From: Phoronis australis
Lineage: Eukaryota > Animalia > Phoronida
Direction: 5' to 3'
Assembly (NCBI GenBank): GCA_002633005.1
Contig: NMRA01000164.1
Span: 157,085 to 221,084 of the forward strand
Length of the DNA stretch: 64,000 bases
The translations under genes and the position numbers were made by a program. This document shows, one piece after another, positions 12,501 through 23,894 of this stretch. The notes under the pieces are model-generated. The model did no database searches, had not been told where the DNA came from, and saw nothing but the letters and a program-made list of their open reading frames with translations. The stretch's first letter is position 1, and the number at the start of each line of letters is the position of its first letter.

Positions 12501-15500
12501 CAAGATAAACATCACGTGGAGCTAGTAGCTCCATGTGTCTCTCATCCTAACACAAGGTCGACCGCAAAACCTTTAATACACTTCATATTGAAATCGACAA
12601 GTTGAAAAGTGTACCTGTCTGTGGGTTATTATGGTGAACTGTTTTACCCTAGTCTTTCCAATAAGTATTGTTCCTTCTGGTCCAAGCTTTAGCTGGACTT
12701 CTTCAGCATTGATTATTGCTTAGTAGTGTTTGGTTTCTTACAAATACATGCTACTTTCAAAGGAAATTTGTGGGCACACATCACTGTACTATGAATTCCA
12801 CGCACAGAACAATTAAAATTTACCCAAAGCACTGAACAATACATAAAAGACAAAGATGGTACGCTATTTGGGAAGACAGTGAACTCAAGTAAATCAAAAT
12901 TTCCCCTCAACTTCTCACGTCACTTTACGAGCCAAACGTAGCATGTTAGCCTAAAAACGCACCCTGTGCACAAAAATAGTAACCATTTACTTTACTTCGG
13001 AGAGTCTTCCCAAAAGCGACCCGGTACATACGGTACCGTCAACTTACCACCATACTTATTGTAACCGCCTCTACCGCCGCTGAAACAGATTAACAAGTGA
13101 GGCCCAGTTCTGTGTCACCCCATACTCGCCCCCATGTAAAATGGAAGTTCGTATAGCAGAGGACTCTTGTCTTGAAGGTACTGTCATCAGCACCCTAGTC
13201 ACTGGCTAGCTCCAGTGATCACCAGTCATGTAGTAGAACACCGTTTACTCAGCCACTGCAGTAATCCCCTTTGTGAGAAACCTATGCAGTGTTACCCTTT
13301 TGTTTTCTCAAAGACCAATGCCAATCAAGTCGCCAATAAGGAGGGCTAACATGACATTTCATTTGCACAGTCTTTTATGCTTTGTATTGCAGACTTCTAG
13401 CTTATAAAGTTTGAAATATGCAAAACTCACTTTCATGCTCACAGACTTTCTCATGTTAGCTGTCTAGTTTTATTGAAGACCAAAAGTATGACACTGCGTT
13501 TTTAATAACACCGAAACCATGCACCTGAAGCTATGATTATAATTTTTCATATTCAGACTTAACGACCCCCAACGTGAGTTACTATCACAGCCTTCGCGAG
13601 TCACGTTCACAAACTTGAGCTCTACTTACAAGACTGGATATACATCCCTTGATAACACGAGACCTAAATGTTCGCATTTTCAGTCGGCATTTGAAAAAAA
13701 CACCTCACGAATTTTGCTTTTTCTAAGTTAATCCCACCAACACTTTTTGAAACGAACACTTTAGTAATTGGCATTTCCAATACTGCCAACATACAGCACA
13801 AACTCTATTACGTAACAGGTCTTTTCAATTGGCACCCACAATGTTTTCAACAGAACAAATCAGAATTTTTTTCACCGACCACTTTTAACCGCAAAGTTTT
13901 CCAAAATGCCTAAATATCAGTACTTTTTTAAACTGGTTACAATAATTATACAGTGCCAGGCACTGCTCTACAACCCTTGTTAAAAGGAAACAAGTCAGTT
14001 GTAGGACCAAACTAGCACATTTTTGTCATTATTGTTGGTAACACAGGCTACAAGATAGCAAAATCCGGTGGTTTTGTGATTGCATAAGAAATACTCAATT
14101 CCTGTCAAGAGCTTCCAGTTATTCGACAGTGTTAACTTAATTACATGTTAACTTAATTACGTTTAAAAGACTCGTTACTAGCCGCATTGGCTTTTACCTC
14201 TAGTAACATAGTGTGGGACTGTGACTGCTGAAGTAGTGGGTCACTTTAAATGATAATACAAATCAACAATTACATCAGTACGTGTCCTAAGCAAGCTTCA
14301 TCACCTTCACTCCATCTAGAATTAACTGCTATGTCATTATCTATCGAAATAAAAATTTGAACACAAGATGGCACTGTAGCGACTATTTTTCAAATCTTCA
14401 CTCCAATAGTCTCTGTCGTTTTTCTGAAATTTGGTATGTAGATAGATCTTGACAAGTGTTGTAAACTGATGCCATCGAGGATTTTTCATTTCAAGGATTG
14501 CTCTTTTACTGAACATTATTTTTTGCTACACACATGCTTTATTATGTCAAACATCCATTCATCAGCATCAACCTTCATTATCATCACAGTTGTCATTTAT
14601 CTTTCAATTAAACATAAAATTTGATAACTATAGGATACTCTTTGCACTTATTTTCAGTCAAAAATTCACGAAAGTAATTTGATTGTAAACAAGTCTAGTT
14701 TAGACTAATTTCCAAATGATCTCGTTCAACACGTTTTGAAAATTACCCAGATTCAAACATGGAATTTTAAAAAATAATTCTGGAGTATCTGATGGTGCAG
14801 CAACAAAAGGCCACCATTAGTTGAACAACGCTGAACATTGCTTTTCATGAATTGCCAGTGATAAAGCTAAGTCCTTGTTCAAGTGTACTTTATGAAATGT
14901 TCCCGTTATATCTGTCGGTAAATGAAAGAGTCTTTCAGATATGTATTGCAAAATCAAATGATGGCCCACAGCCAGAGCTGTTTCCCATGATTTTGTAATT
15001 ACATTCTAGAGTGATGAAAATTTAAAGTGAGTTATGTTATTCATCTTTATTACCTAGTTCCATTACCGGCGACTTGATTGTGCAACTATAATTACTCAAC
15101 CCTCTCAGCTTTCATTAGCAGTAGTACACAAAAATTGTTTGCATGGACTGACCACATATCTCAAACACAACCATTGAAACATCAAACTTGTACCCCACAT
15201 TTGATTCACGTAACACCCAGATGTTTACTCAAGCTATGACCACTTAAACACGTTAGTGACCCCATTTTATTCTGAGCAGCAGTGTGTTGTACCATTCAAG
15301 TTGAGGGTAGCTTAACCTGTGTGAATACTCAAAAGAAGGCAAGCATTTAACAGTTGTCAGGCAACAAGACAGTCAGATAATACACATACCAACAAGTAGT
15401 AAAAACTCTCAACCTAGAGCACTGGCATCTGCAGATGGCAATGTACCATGTGAAACTCTTTTGACACTGCTTGCCTTTTACCACACCATCAACACCTTGT

Positions 15501-18500
15501 ATGACAATAAACTGACGTCAACGGTATCTGGCTCAATTGGCTAGATGATTCTCAGGGTAAATGTATTTAATGCATATTTGACCAAGTCAACCTTGCTGAA
15601 CGATACAAAATAAAACCATATTCTTTGCACAAACTACGTTCTTCATAATAACATATTGTAATATAAACCGCCTTCCCTTAAAAAGTTGACACTGTTTTTT
15701 GCACATCTTACTCCAGGCACAAACGGGCAGTTTGTGAGCACCCAAGTGTTCAAGCTCATACACAGCACGGATTAATGAAATGAAAATCAGCGAAAGTACT
15801 CTAACTTTTTTCAAAGTCATAATCACATTTGCTTCGGTTCGATTCCTCATATCAAATATGCAGTGTTATAGTTCAATAAACAACACATTGCGGTAGAAGA
15901 CTTGCAAAAACAGTCCAACTATTAGACCTGTAACGATTAATTGTGACATATTGAATCGCAATATACAATCATTTCCACAGACATTTTTCATACAGATGTG
16001 CCTATCTGCGACTCTGGACAACTACTGCGTGAAGTCAAAGTACCCGTGTTCATTTTTGTAAAGTATAGACCATGTAGACATCTTAATACTATAGACCGGG
16101 TGCATGCGCTACTTCAGCCGACAACTGGACGCCATATTGAAAAGTGTTTCTAGTCACGTGACACGCTTAATCGCCGTGTAAACAAACGGGGCAAATTGCC
16201 CTTTTCAAAGTGCGATATCTAACGCATAAAGAGGCACAAGAGTGTGACTTTTCAGAAACATAGAAAAATATGTGATGCTGCACTAATATGCATTTTTAAG
16301 AGTCAATCAGTCGATAGGGAAAATATCAAACTAATACAAGATCACAACCAGTGGCAGATTTTGGAGTGGCCTGTGCGTCTGCACGCTTGTCAATCCACTG
16401 CGAGCGATTAACTTTTTCAAAGAGAAACCAATAAAAATTTCGTAAGGGATTTGTTTGTTTTGATACAACAAAAAACATCTAATTTTGGAATACATATTAA
16501 GAAATGAGTTTTTAAAGCACTATATTATTTCAATTAAGTATATATTATTTGCTTATATGTATACCGACACGGATGGCTGGCGGGTAAGTTCAGGCATGCA
16601 GATGTTTCTCAGAACAAGTAAAAACACATGATTGTCATTAATACCAAATAATTACTTACAATTAACAAACAGCATCATCATTGGATAACAGCATATGCTG
16701 GTTAATATGTATATTTTTAATTGATCTAATATGGTCTCAACCACCAAGATTGAGAAGGAAACAATGCTCCACTTAAACTATGGTGGCAGAACATAAAAAA
16801 ACCTAGTGGCAGCACCACTGAACTCCATGGCCGAACCAAAAAACCCAAGACTCAATGGCAGGACCAAGAAACTTGATTCTTTGGATGCAGGCATAAAACT
16901 GCGACTCCCACATTTCTTGACTGATGCCATAGGGCTCCCAATGTTTTCCGCCATTTTGTCTTGTGTAACACCTTCCAATATATGGCGGCTTATTGAACAC
17001 GCGAGCTTCATGTATCTGAGTGGCGCACGCCCGGTCTAAGTGATGTCAATGGTATAGATATTCAACATTTACACTTAGTAATTAAATTAGGATAATTGGG
17101 CAAATTAGTTATCAAAAAATTGAATGGAAAACACAACTCATCGTTACAGCTCTAGTTCCCCCACCCTACAATGCCCAATTAACGTTCACAGCCGTAACAC
17201 TCACCCGTAGCCACCCCCTCCTTGACGGTCCTGGTAGCTTCCACCACTGTAGCCGCCACCACCGCCGCCACTATAACCTCCACCACCACCACCACCGCCG
17301 CTTCCGTAGCTTCCCGATTGTTGGCTGCTGTAGCCACCCTGTTGCTGACCATAGCTATCGCCAGAGGGAGCAGCTTGTGCATAGCCTCCAGATGAGGCCT
17401 GCTGGCTGTAGCCACCTGAAAGAACGAGGCTATAAAGTTTGCAAGTGGAATACCATGACAAAGACGTATGATTGAATTATCCCTGTGGTAGCATCTTATT
17501 CTGTGAACCAGGGACATACACAGCCAACCACCTAGTCGCTTATGCGACTAAAAAGGAGATGGACGAGACGTTCACTGGCTTGTCGTGCAAGTAGTGAGAT
17601 AATTTTCAGTGGTTTATTTTTCTGTGGAGCGCTCAACCAAATTGTCTCTTCATTGTGGTGTTTTTACATGGATATATCAAAACATCGTTTGAAATTATTT
17701 CAGTTATTTTCAAAAGTGGGTTCTCAGACAAGGAAATGGTATTTAACAAGGCATCAACCAAAGGACTTCATATTGTGTCCCAACAAAATTGGTCTTTCAT
17801 CAGTTTTTAGAACCCATGTTTACTTGATACCAAAGTTTCATAGATATGCTGAGGTCCTTCAAATTTTTTCAAATGACCTGTTTTTTCCATATGCAGCATG
17901 GGTAAATCGACCCAATGCATCAGAAGCAATGCCGACAATATGAATGGCAAACAATGCTTCAAACAAACAACCGTGAAAATGCCAACATTCTGCACTCCCT
18001 ATGCGTTGCCAACGATATTTACTGATGCTTGTTAACAGAATTTTTTAAAATAAAAATTGTCTGGGGCAGACGGGGACAACAAACAGGTTTATTTTTATGA
18101 ACTAAATTGAAAGAACTCTTTGCGGAATGGACGATGACTTGGCAGTTTCTGGACACATGTTCATCAAACGCGAAACACAACCTCAGAATCCTGAAAAGCA
18201 CAGTTCAATTAATACCCTTAAACTCAAGGTCGCCCAGCTTCAGTTCTTGAAGCCTAATATATCCCCCTGAACTAGATACAAACAAAATGAAACACATCGA
18301 TCAATGAGTTAACATGGAAGACTTGCACAAAACAACTGGTTAGAGAGAAATTAGAAGGAAGCATGACACTGAAACCTAAGCATTAACAACATCGTAATCA
18401 CTAAGAAGCAAAGAGTAACAAAAGAAATGACCACATACACCATGGCATCAAAAGAGAATGAACAAATTTTGGCTCTCTAACAAGTTTACGGGAGAGAGTT

Positions 18501-21500
18501 CTCAGTCACTCTGACCATGTCCACGATTCTGTGCTGATGACTACACAAGTACAGAAAGCATATCAAACTCTTGTCAAAATAGACTCCATTTCTCCTGGCT
18601 GAAACCAAATTTGAACGGAAGACAAGAATGAAAATACACGACCACAATGTTACATAGATGGAGTGTCCACCTTCTACCCACACAATCTACAAGTTGGCGT
18701 TACCTTGGTAACTGTAGCCAGCAGGCTGACTCAATGCATGGGACTGAACACCATACTGGGCTGTAAAGAACAACTCAAGTTCAGTTGACATCTGTTTGGT
18801 CAATTGTTATTCAGATGGCCAAACATGTTTTGTAATACGGTCCCATTTGATTACCATTTCATTTAAACTTGTCTTAAGAGTAACTGTTTTTATCTCTTAA
18901 GTACTGCAATCCAAAACATTAAAAAAACTATTGGAGATCAGAGAGTCTTACCTCAAAATTTGTCAACTCAACTTGGTCGAACTGCTGAACATTTCTCCTA
19001 ATCACCAAGGGAAACCACAAATCAAAATTGCACTTCTGCACCAGTTTACACGTGCAAACGTATCAACTTGTTTAAAGATCAAAATATGCACCAACTCTGT
19101 ACAGGGCGGGGCAAATGTTCTCGTCACTGGGAAAAAATGCCTTCGTTAGAAGACACAGAACCTTTCAATTCAGGCGAGCGAGGTCCCTGACACAGCCTAA
19201 GCTGGTAGCTCATCTGAACGCGCAGACGTCCAGCACAAGCTAGCAGCACCACTCAACACCTACCTGACTGTCCATACTGGCTCTGCTGCCCATACTGGGA
19301 CTGAGCCTGTGGTTGTTGACCATATGCCTGCTGTTGGCCATAGGCAGATGGTTGACCAGCTGCCTGACCACCACTCTGGTACTGGCTCTGGTCATAGCCA
19401 GAATATCCACTGCTTTGACTGTAGCCCTGCAATAAATAAACCCGGTGAACTCTGAAGCCATATTGCTAATTAATTGGGCATTTTTTATATGCGGAATGTT
19501 TTTAATAACCAATACCTTTTCCCAAAGCAGCAGGACTCTACAAGACTTGTGTCTTCAACAATTGAATGCAGTTTGACAGCCTGACATACCACAGATGTAT
19601 TGAATCAAAGACCATACTTCACACATAAATGTACCTGTGTGGATGCAGCAGTAGGCTGCTGGCTATATCCACTTTGTTGTGAGTAGCCGGATGTGTCATA
19701 ACCACCCTGTTGATAGTTGCCATAGCTGAAATGTCAAGCACAATTTAATGTCTCACAACCGAGTGTACAAACCGCTTTCAGTGATTTTGTAGTTAACTTC
19801 TAATCAAAAGGTGGAGATTCAAACTTTGGTTCTAAAACTGCATATTTCAGCTTGCCACGGTCTAGTTAACCAACCTTGTTCCATAGAAAGATCATCTATT
19901 CCATGTGATGTTATCAAGTACATTGCTTCATATTGTAATATCAGCTTGTGCAAAAAATTCTGCGGGCAAACCATATTTTGGAATTAACTTTCCAGTGACT
20001 AAAAATTGAGCAACTTCAATTTTTAAACGGGTACTTCGCATGTTACCCAGTTTGCTAGTAGCAACTTTTTTCCAGAAGTGGGAGACATGAAGAAGCAGGG
20101 TAGCAACTGCAAACATCTGACAAGCAAGTCAATCTAGAATCCAGTGTTCTCCACCACCTATTTTGACTCGTCGCAACAACTAGTTTTGATTTTGCCGATA
20201 CAAGTTTGGGGAAAGCGTATCAAAAAATTGCGGCGTCAGGTTAAAAACTTCAGCCCTCAGCGTCAAAGCAGTGTACATTTTTGAAACATAACACCTCCAG
20301 TGGAGATGTTAGGGCTAGAGAAAAGACAGTGTTGACTACTGATGTCTACTCTAGTAATTTTCATCGAGTTTGGAATTAGTATTGTGGAGAACACTGGAAT
20401 CATATTGAGGAGAACACTGGAATCATACTGAAAAAGATACGGTATTTCTTAAGGTGGAAAGTTTAACATACCCTTGGGCAGCCTGGGCGCCACCACCTCC
20501 ATAAGCATTGTACTCTGCAAAACACAGAAACAAACTGATGTCAAAACACACAGTTACCGTATTCGCTGTAATAAGTGCCCAGGGTGCTTAGAAAAATTCG
20601 GCCCAAAGTGGTTGAAACCTAGTCTCCAAAACAGGTGAAATCGTCAGCTAGAATTCATCAAATTAACGCTATGTGACACACCTGTAACCTACGACAGAGT
20701 TTCTACAAAATTGCAGTGCATTGCTATCAAAATTTGTTCTTAAATTACGAGAATTTTTCAGAAAATCACAGTGCGAAAACTCGCCGACTTATGTGTCGCT
20801 GCCTCACGATCGCCGATAGGTCAACTTGAATTCTTCAGTAAAAATAAGAGTGTTGACTCAACAAATTACCTGAAGTAATCCTTAAGTTTTCAAAATAGCA
20901 TCCCTAACATTTTTAAGTTCCTGTGGAGTCATGATTAACTGCATATTAAGTCCAAATCTGCGCTAGATTGTACTCTGCAACACAAGAAAAATCACTGGAC
21001 GAACATGTTGTTGTCACGTGACATTTGTTTTGAAGTTCTGTCTGCGCGTGTGAATGAGCAAGCACGTGCGTGTCAGAGTGCACGCAATGTAACGATCTAG
21101 GTATGCATTGTAACCCAAGAAATTAACACAAGCAGTAAAGCAGCACGTGTTTTATTTGGCACTTGTAGATCTCATCTGCTAAAATACGTTCGAGAATTGT
21201 TTCAGTAAGGCCAAAATTGAGTCGCCCTGTGATTGGATGCGTGATATTCTAACAGTTATTTATCGGGAAATTCGGGGTGTAAGGGTGCGGAAGTGTTCAC
21301 TATCAGTGGGTCATTTTGACTTTAAAAACACCAATTATGATTAATTTAATAATTCTTTCTAAAAATAACACAAAAGTTTTTTACGGTATTAGAAACTTTC
21401 CGAAATAAGTGCCAGTATGTATTTCTTGCCGATGCCACTCGTTTCATGCATAGATAGTTCCCGATGACTCATGTTCGATGACAGGCACTTGTATGTAGTG

Positions 21501-23490
21501 CGCGCTTCCTGGCCACGTGCTTTTAACGAAGGTCAAGTTTTTATTAGTCTTCCAATCGCAGTCTGAGAAAAACGTTACCGCAGAACTTTTGAAAGAGCAT
21601 ACTTCAAGGAATCCACATGGAAAAATTAACGTCATTTGCTCTTCCCGTTAAAAATGCGACAGCAGAACGATTGAAAATGGGTGAAAATGCACCAGAGCCG
21701 CCATCTTGAAAGTGACTTCCAGTTAAACAAAATTTTATAAAGCTGATCAATAGCAACCAACACATGACCAGTTTGAAAGAGATTGGTTCGCTTATGCGCC
21801 CTCTGCAGGAGAAAACGTTTTTGGCCAGATATTGAGGTGCACATGTGCCATTGTCAATATTTCCGCCATCTTTAACCGTAAGTCAACGTTTTTAGTTACA
21901 CTTGTAGCACATGTGTTCTATAATAATTGTACCAAGTTTCAGCTCTGTACGTCAAAAAATGCAGCCTCTATGAGCATTTGAATGTGAAACCGGAAACAAA
22001 ATGGCTGCAACATCTGCCATTTTGAATCCGATCATGTCCAAAAACAATAGGCTTCCTAGACTTTACAATCTACAGGTCGTGTGCAAATTTCGTGAAAATC
22101 TGAACAAAATTGCGACCTGTAGACACAGGCGTCCTCAGCTTCTGATCGTCCCCAATATACTACATATAATACTACAAGGTATGACACTCCCGACTAGAAA
22201 TTCCACGGGTGCTTCACTTCAGCCGTCCGTAGCAAATATAAAACTCAATAAATTTACACAAAACAGAGGTTCAACAAACCATGAAGAATTGTTCTTTCTC
22301 TCAATACCATTCACGGTGTCCTGTTCCGGCGACTTTGTAAGAAATTCGCAGTCAAAGAACAAAAATGTTCACAAAAAGCCCCCCCCACACTTTTATCGTG
22401 GGTCGCTCGAGGTCAAGGACGGTACGGAAATTGCCGGTTTGTGGCGTAAAGTCACGATGTCAATAACTCTGCACTATTGAGTACTTTCGTAACTCACCGG
22501 CAATTTCCGTACCATCCTTGACCTCGAGCGGCCCAGGACACCGTGAATGGTATTGGGAGAAAGAACAATTCTTCATGGTTTGTTGAACCTCTGTTTTGTG
22601 GAAATTTATTGAGTTTTATATTTGCTATGGACGGCTGAAGTGAAGCACCCGTGGAATTTCTAGTCGGGAGTGTCATACCTTGTAGGATTATATGTAGTGT
22701 ATTGGGGACGATCAGAAGCTGAGGACGCTTGTGCCTGTAGAGAGCAAACAAAAAAATGTCAGACCAACATACTTGGCGGAATTCCCAGAATTCTGCCAAG
22801 TAACCAAGTAATCATCTACTCATTTGCTACAAATCACTCCATGCCTATTTCAAAAACTCGCACCTTAGTTTCAGTTTACATGTGTTTAACATGCAGGCGC
22901 AGGCGATGGCCTAAATAATAACTAATATGGTAGGCGTACTCACAAATCAAAAAAAATCCAAGCCATCTTAACATTTTCATGAGAAAAATAGTGAACAAAT
23001 GTTATAAATATGTAAAATAAGCCAAGTTTAAAGTTTATGCTATGAATGTTTCAAGACGTAGATATCTTTATTTCGACAAATATTTGGCGTCGCGCAGTCG
23101 TCCATAGGCATAGCATATGCCAAAATCTGTCGCCATTGTTAACACAACTCCAGGACAAAACGCTTCTGTAACCACTTCCTTTTCATTTTATCGTAACTAG
23201 AAATGCACCACACATAAATATCAAATGTTTGATTTAGTTTGAACATTAGCGAATAGTCTTGTAAAAAGAAAAGAACACGTCTTCCCTCCGAATTCGAAAA
23301 TCGAGATACCGGTCAGAAAGCCGGATTTTACATTTTTACAATGAACAAAAACAAAGCAATAAATTAACTGCCTGCAAATGAAAGATTCAAACGGATATAG
23401 TCTAAATAACCATGAATAAAACAAGTTAAGAACAAAAGGAACGGTAAGCTTTACAAAACAAGGATTTAAAGGACACTCACGGTCAGCCAT
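3355..23490 (-). CDS. FUS: FET-family RNA-binding protein (FUS/EWSR1/TAF15/cabeza pro-ortholog), 13 coding exons, 442 aa
   Basis: Exons on the minus strand: 23481-23490, 20472-20514, 19635-19725, 19264-19426, 18704-18760, 17205-17415, 13048-13079, 10606-10647, 6823-6929, 6484-6613, 5799-5930, 4028-4103, 3355-3589. All introns are GT-AG, phases are consistent, total 1329 nt. The product has an SYGQ-rich low-complexity N-terminus, RGG, RRM (DTIFVTGMG...KGEATVTYED...AIDWFNG), RGG, RanBP2 zinc finger (GDWRCEADGCGNLNFARRDSCNRC), RGG and a PY-NLS (RHRPY*). The symbol denotes the family, not strict 1:1 orthology. Confidence 0.95.
4028..4103 (-). CDS. FUS: FET exon 12 (GRGGGGGDRGGNDGDSRPGDWRCEA)
   Basis: tctatag acceptor, gtgagt donor, 76 nt; first half of the RanBP2 zinc finger. 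Confidence 0.94.
4715..5145. mobile_element. hAT-like MITE, copy 1, 6-bp TSD
   Basis: TIR cagggcttggaat / attccaagccatg; TSD gtatat (4709-4714, 5146-5151); homologous to 9713-10211. Confidence 0.85.
5799..5930 (-). CDS. FUS: FET exon 11 (GKLFNGYELKVELAQRPAWQPGGGRGG...)
   Basis: tgttacag acceptor, gtgagt donor, 132 nt; RRM end plus RGG. Confidence 0.94.
6034..6062. repeat. (CA)n microsatellite
   Basis: acacacacacgcgcacacacacacacaca. Confidence 0.85.
6484..6613 (-). CDS. FUS: FET exon 10, RRM (MDKRTGEPKIWIYKDKVTKASKGEATVTYEDSYSATSAIDWFN)
   Basis: ctccag acceptor, gtatgt donor, 130 nt; hallmark FET RRM motifs. Confidence 0.96.
6823..6929 (-). CDS. FUS: FET exon 9, RRM N-half (DRKMETQLDTIFVTGMGSEITVNEIRDYFGSIGIIK)
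   Basis: atcacag acceptor, gttagt donor, 107 nt. Confidence 0.95.
7807..9310 (+). mobile_element. Non-autonomous Helentron-like element, apparently full length, in FET intron 8
   Basis: Inserted in an A/T run with no clear TSD (empty site at 10301-10332); tandem subrepeats; terminal hairpin ccacatat-aa-atatgtgg (9283-9300); subterminal aatgcg(c/t)cc at both ends. Confidence 0.8.
9713..10211. mobile_element. hAT-like MITE, copy 2, 6-bp TSD
   Basis: Perfect TIR cagggcttggaat / attccaagccctg; TSD acgttt / atgttt. Confidence 0.88.
10606..10647 (-). CDS. FUS: FET exon 8 (GGGGGGGNSQWNNG)
   Basis: tgttacag acceptor, gtgagt donor, 42 nt, phase 1-1. Confidence 0.85.
13048..13079 (-). CDS. FUS: FET exon 7 micro-exon (GGRGGYNKYG)
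   Basis: tctgtttcag acceptor, gtaagt donor, 32 nt; required to keep frame; resembles vertebrate FUS exon 7 (DRGGFNKFG). Confidence 0.9.
16092..17038. mobile_element. Non-autonomous element with short inverted termini in FET intron 6
   Basis: Left end tagaccgggtgcatgcgctacttcag; reverse complement of right end tagaccgggcgtgcgccactcag. Confidence 0.55.
17205..17415 (-). CDS. FUS: FET exon 6 (GGYSQQASSGGY...GGGGYG)
   Basis: ttctttcag acceptor, gtgagt donor, 211 nt; lies within ORF 17201..17461. Confidence 0.93.
18704..18760 (-). CDS. FUS: FET exon 5 (AQYGVQSHALSQPAGYSYQ), symmetric phase 1-1, possible cassette exon
   Basis: ttctttacag acceptor, gtaacg donor, 57 nt. Confidence 0.78.
19264..19426 (-). 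CDS. FUS: FET exon 4 (GYSQSSGYSGYDQSQYQSGGQ...YGQS)
   Basis: tttattgcag acceptor, gtaggt donor, SYGQ-rich, 163 nt. Confidence 0.92.
19635..19725 (-). CDS. FUS: FET exon 3 (YGNYQQGGYDTSGYSQQSGYSQQPTAASTQ)
   Basis: tttcag acceptor, gtacat donor, SYGQ-rich, 91 nt. Confidence 0.9.
20142..20396. mobile_element. Small hAT-like MITE with 5-bp TSD
   Basis: TIR cagtgttctccac / gtggagaacactg; TSD gaatc; right end plus flank tandemly duplicated at ~20408-20430. Confidence 0.7.
20472..20514 (-). CDS. FUS: FET exon 2 (QYNAYGGGGAQAAQG)
   Basis: tttgcag acceptor, gtatgt donor, 43 nt. Confidence 0.88.
21700..22803 (-). mobile_element. Helentron-like non-autonomous element, second family (left boundary uncertain), hosting a foldback insertion
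   Basis: Terminal hairpin acttggcggaattc..gaattctgccaagt; the same terminus (gttacttggcg...cgccaagtatgttg.tctgaca+T-run) recurs at ~51345 and ~63927. Confidence 0.6.
22124..22733. mobile_element. Foldback MITE with very long TIRs and a perfect 8-bp TSD
   Basis: Arms begin cacaggcgtcctcagcttctgatcgtccccaata; near-perfect inverted arms of ~240 bp (the left arm has an extra ~75 bp); TSD cctgtaga (22116-22123, 22734-22741). Confidence 0.92.
23481..23490 (-). CDS. FUS: FET exon 1 (ATG GCT GAC C)
   Basis: ATG at 23490-23488 followed by a GTGAGT donor; phase 1 joins exon 2 in frame (MADQYNAY). Confidence 0.8.
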
Positions 23491-23894
23491 CGTTTTATGT
23501 TTCTTCTTCAAACAACGACTGTCCCACAATTCCTTAGAGTTGATACAAAATGCTGAAGAAACTTTTTGAGGGAATAAATATTCCGTTAAATATTATTTTG
23601 AGTAAATATACTGAAATAAAAACATGTTAAATCGTATAATAATACTATTTTTATGTTTTTTTAAATATTTTTTCAAATATTTAATATAAAACAGAATTTT
23701 AAATTTCTTCCCTGAATTAGAGTTTTGCATTAGAAGTTTAGTACAGGGAAAAGCGACTCGAAAAGCTGTGGAGACACTTATCAACAGGCGGAGTTAAAAT
23801 CAATATTCCACGTGCCACTCGCAGTCGGTGCTTTTCATTTCATATCCTGTTGACGATATTCACCACAAAGAATCTAAACTAGGCCTACTTGTTA
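23491..23894. promoter_or_regulatory. Probable bidirectional promoter between FET and GDPGP1
   Basis: Divergent start codons only 404 bp apart; central very AT-rich block ~23575-23710. Confidence 0.6.

Noticed and set aside
22001-22799. Two ORFs with nearly identical peptides on opposite strands
   Set aside because: Artefact of the foldback element's inverted arms.
23889-23894. TTG start for GDPGP1 given by the ORF track
   Set aside because: Eukaryotic gene; the in-frame ATG at 23895 is the more plausible start.
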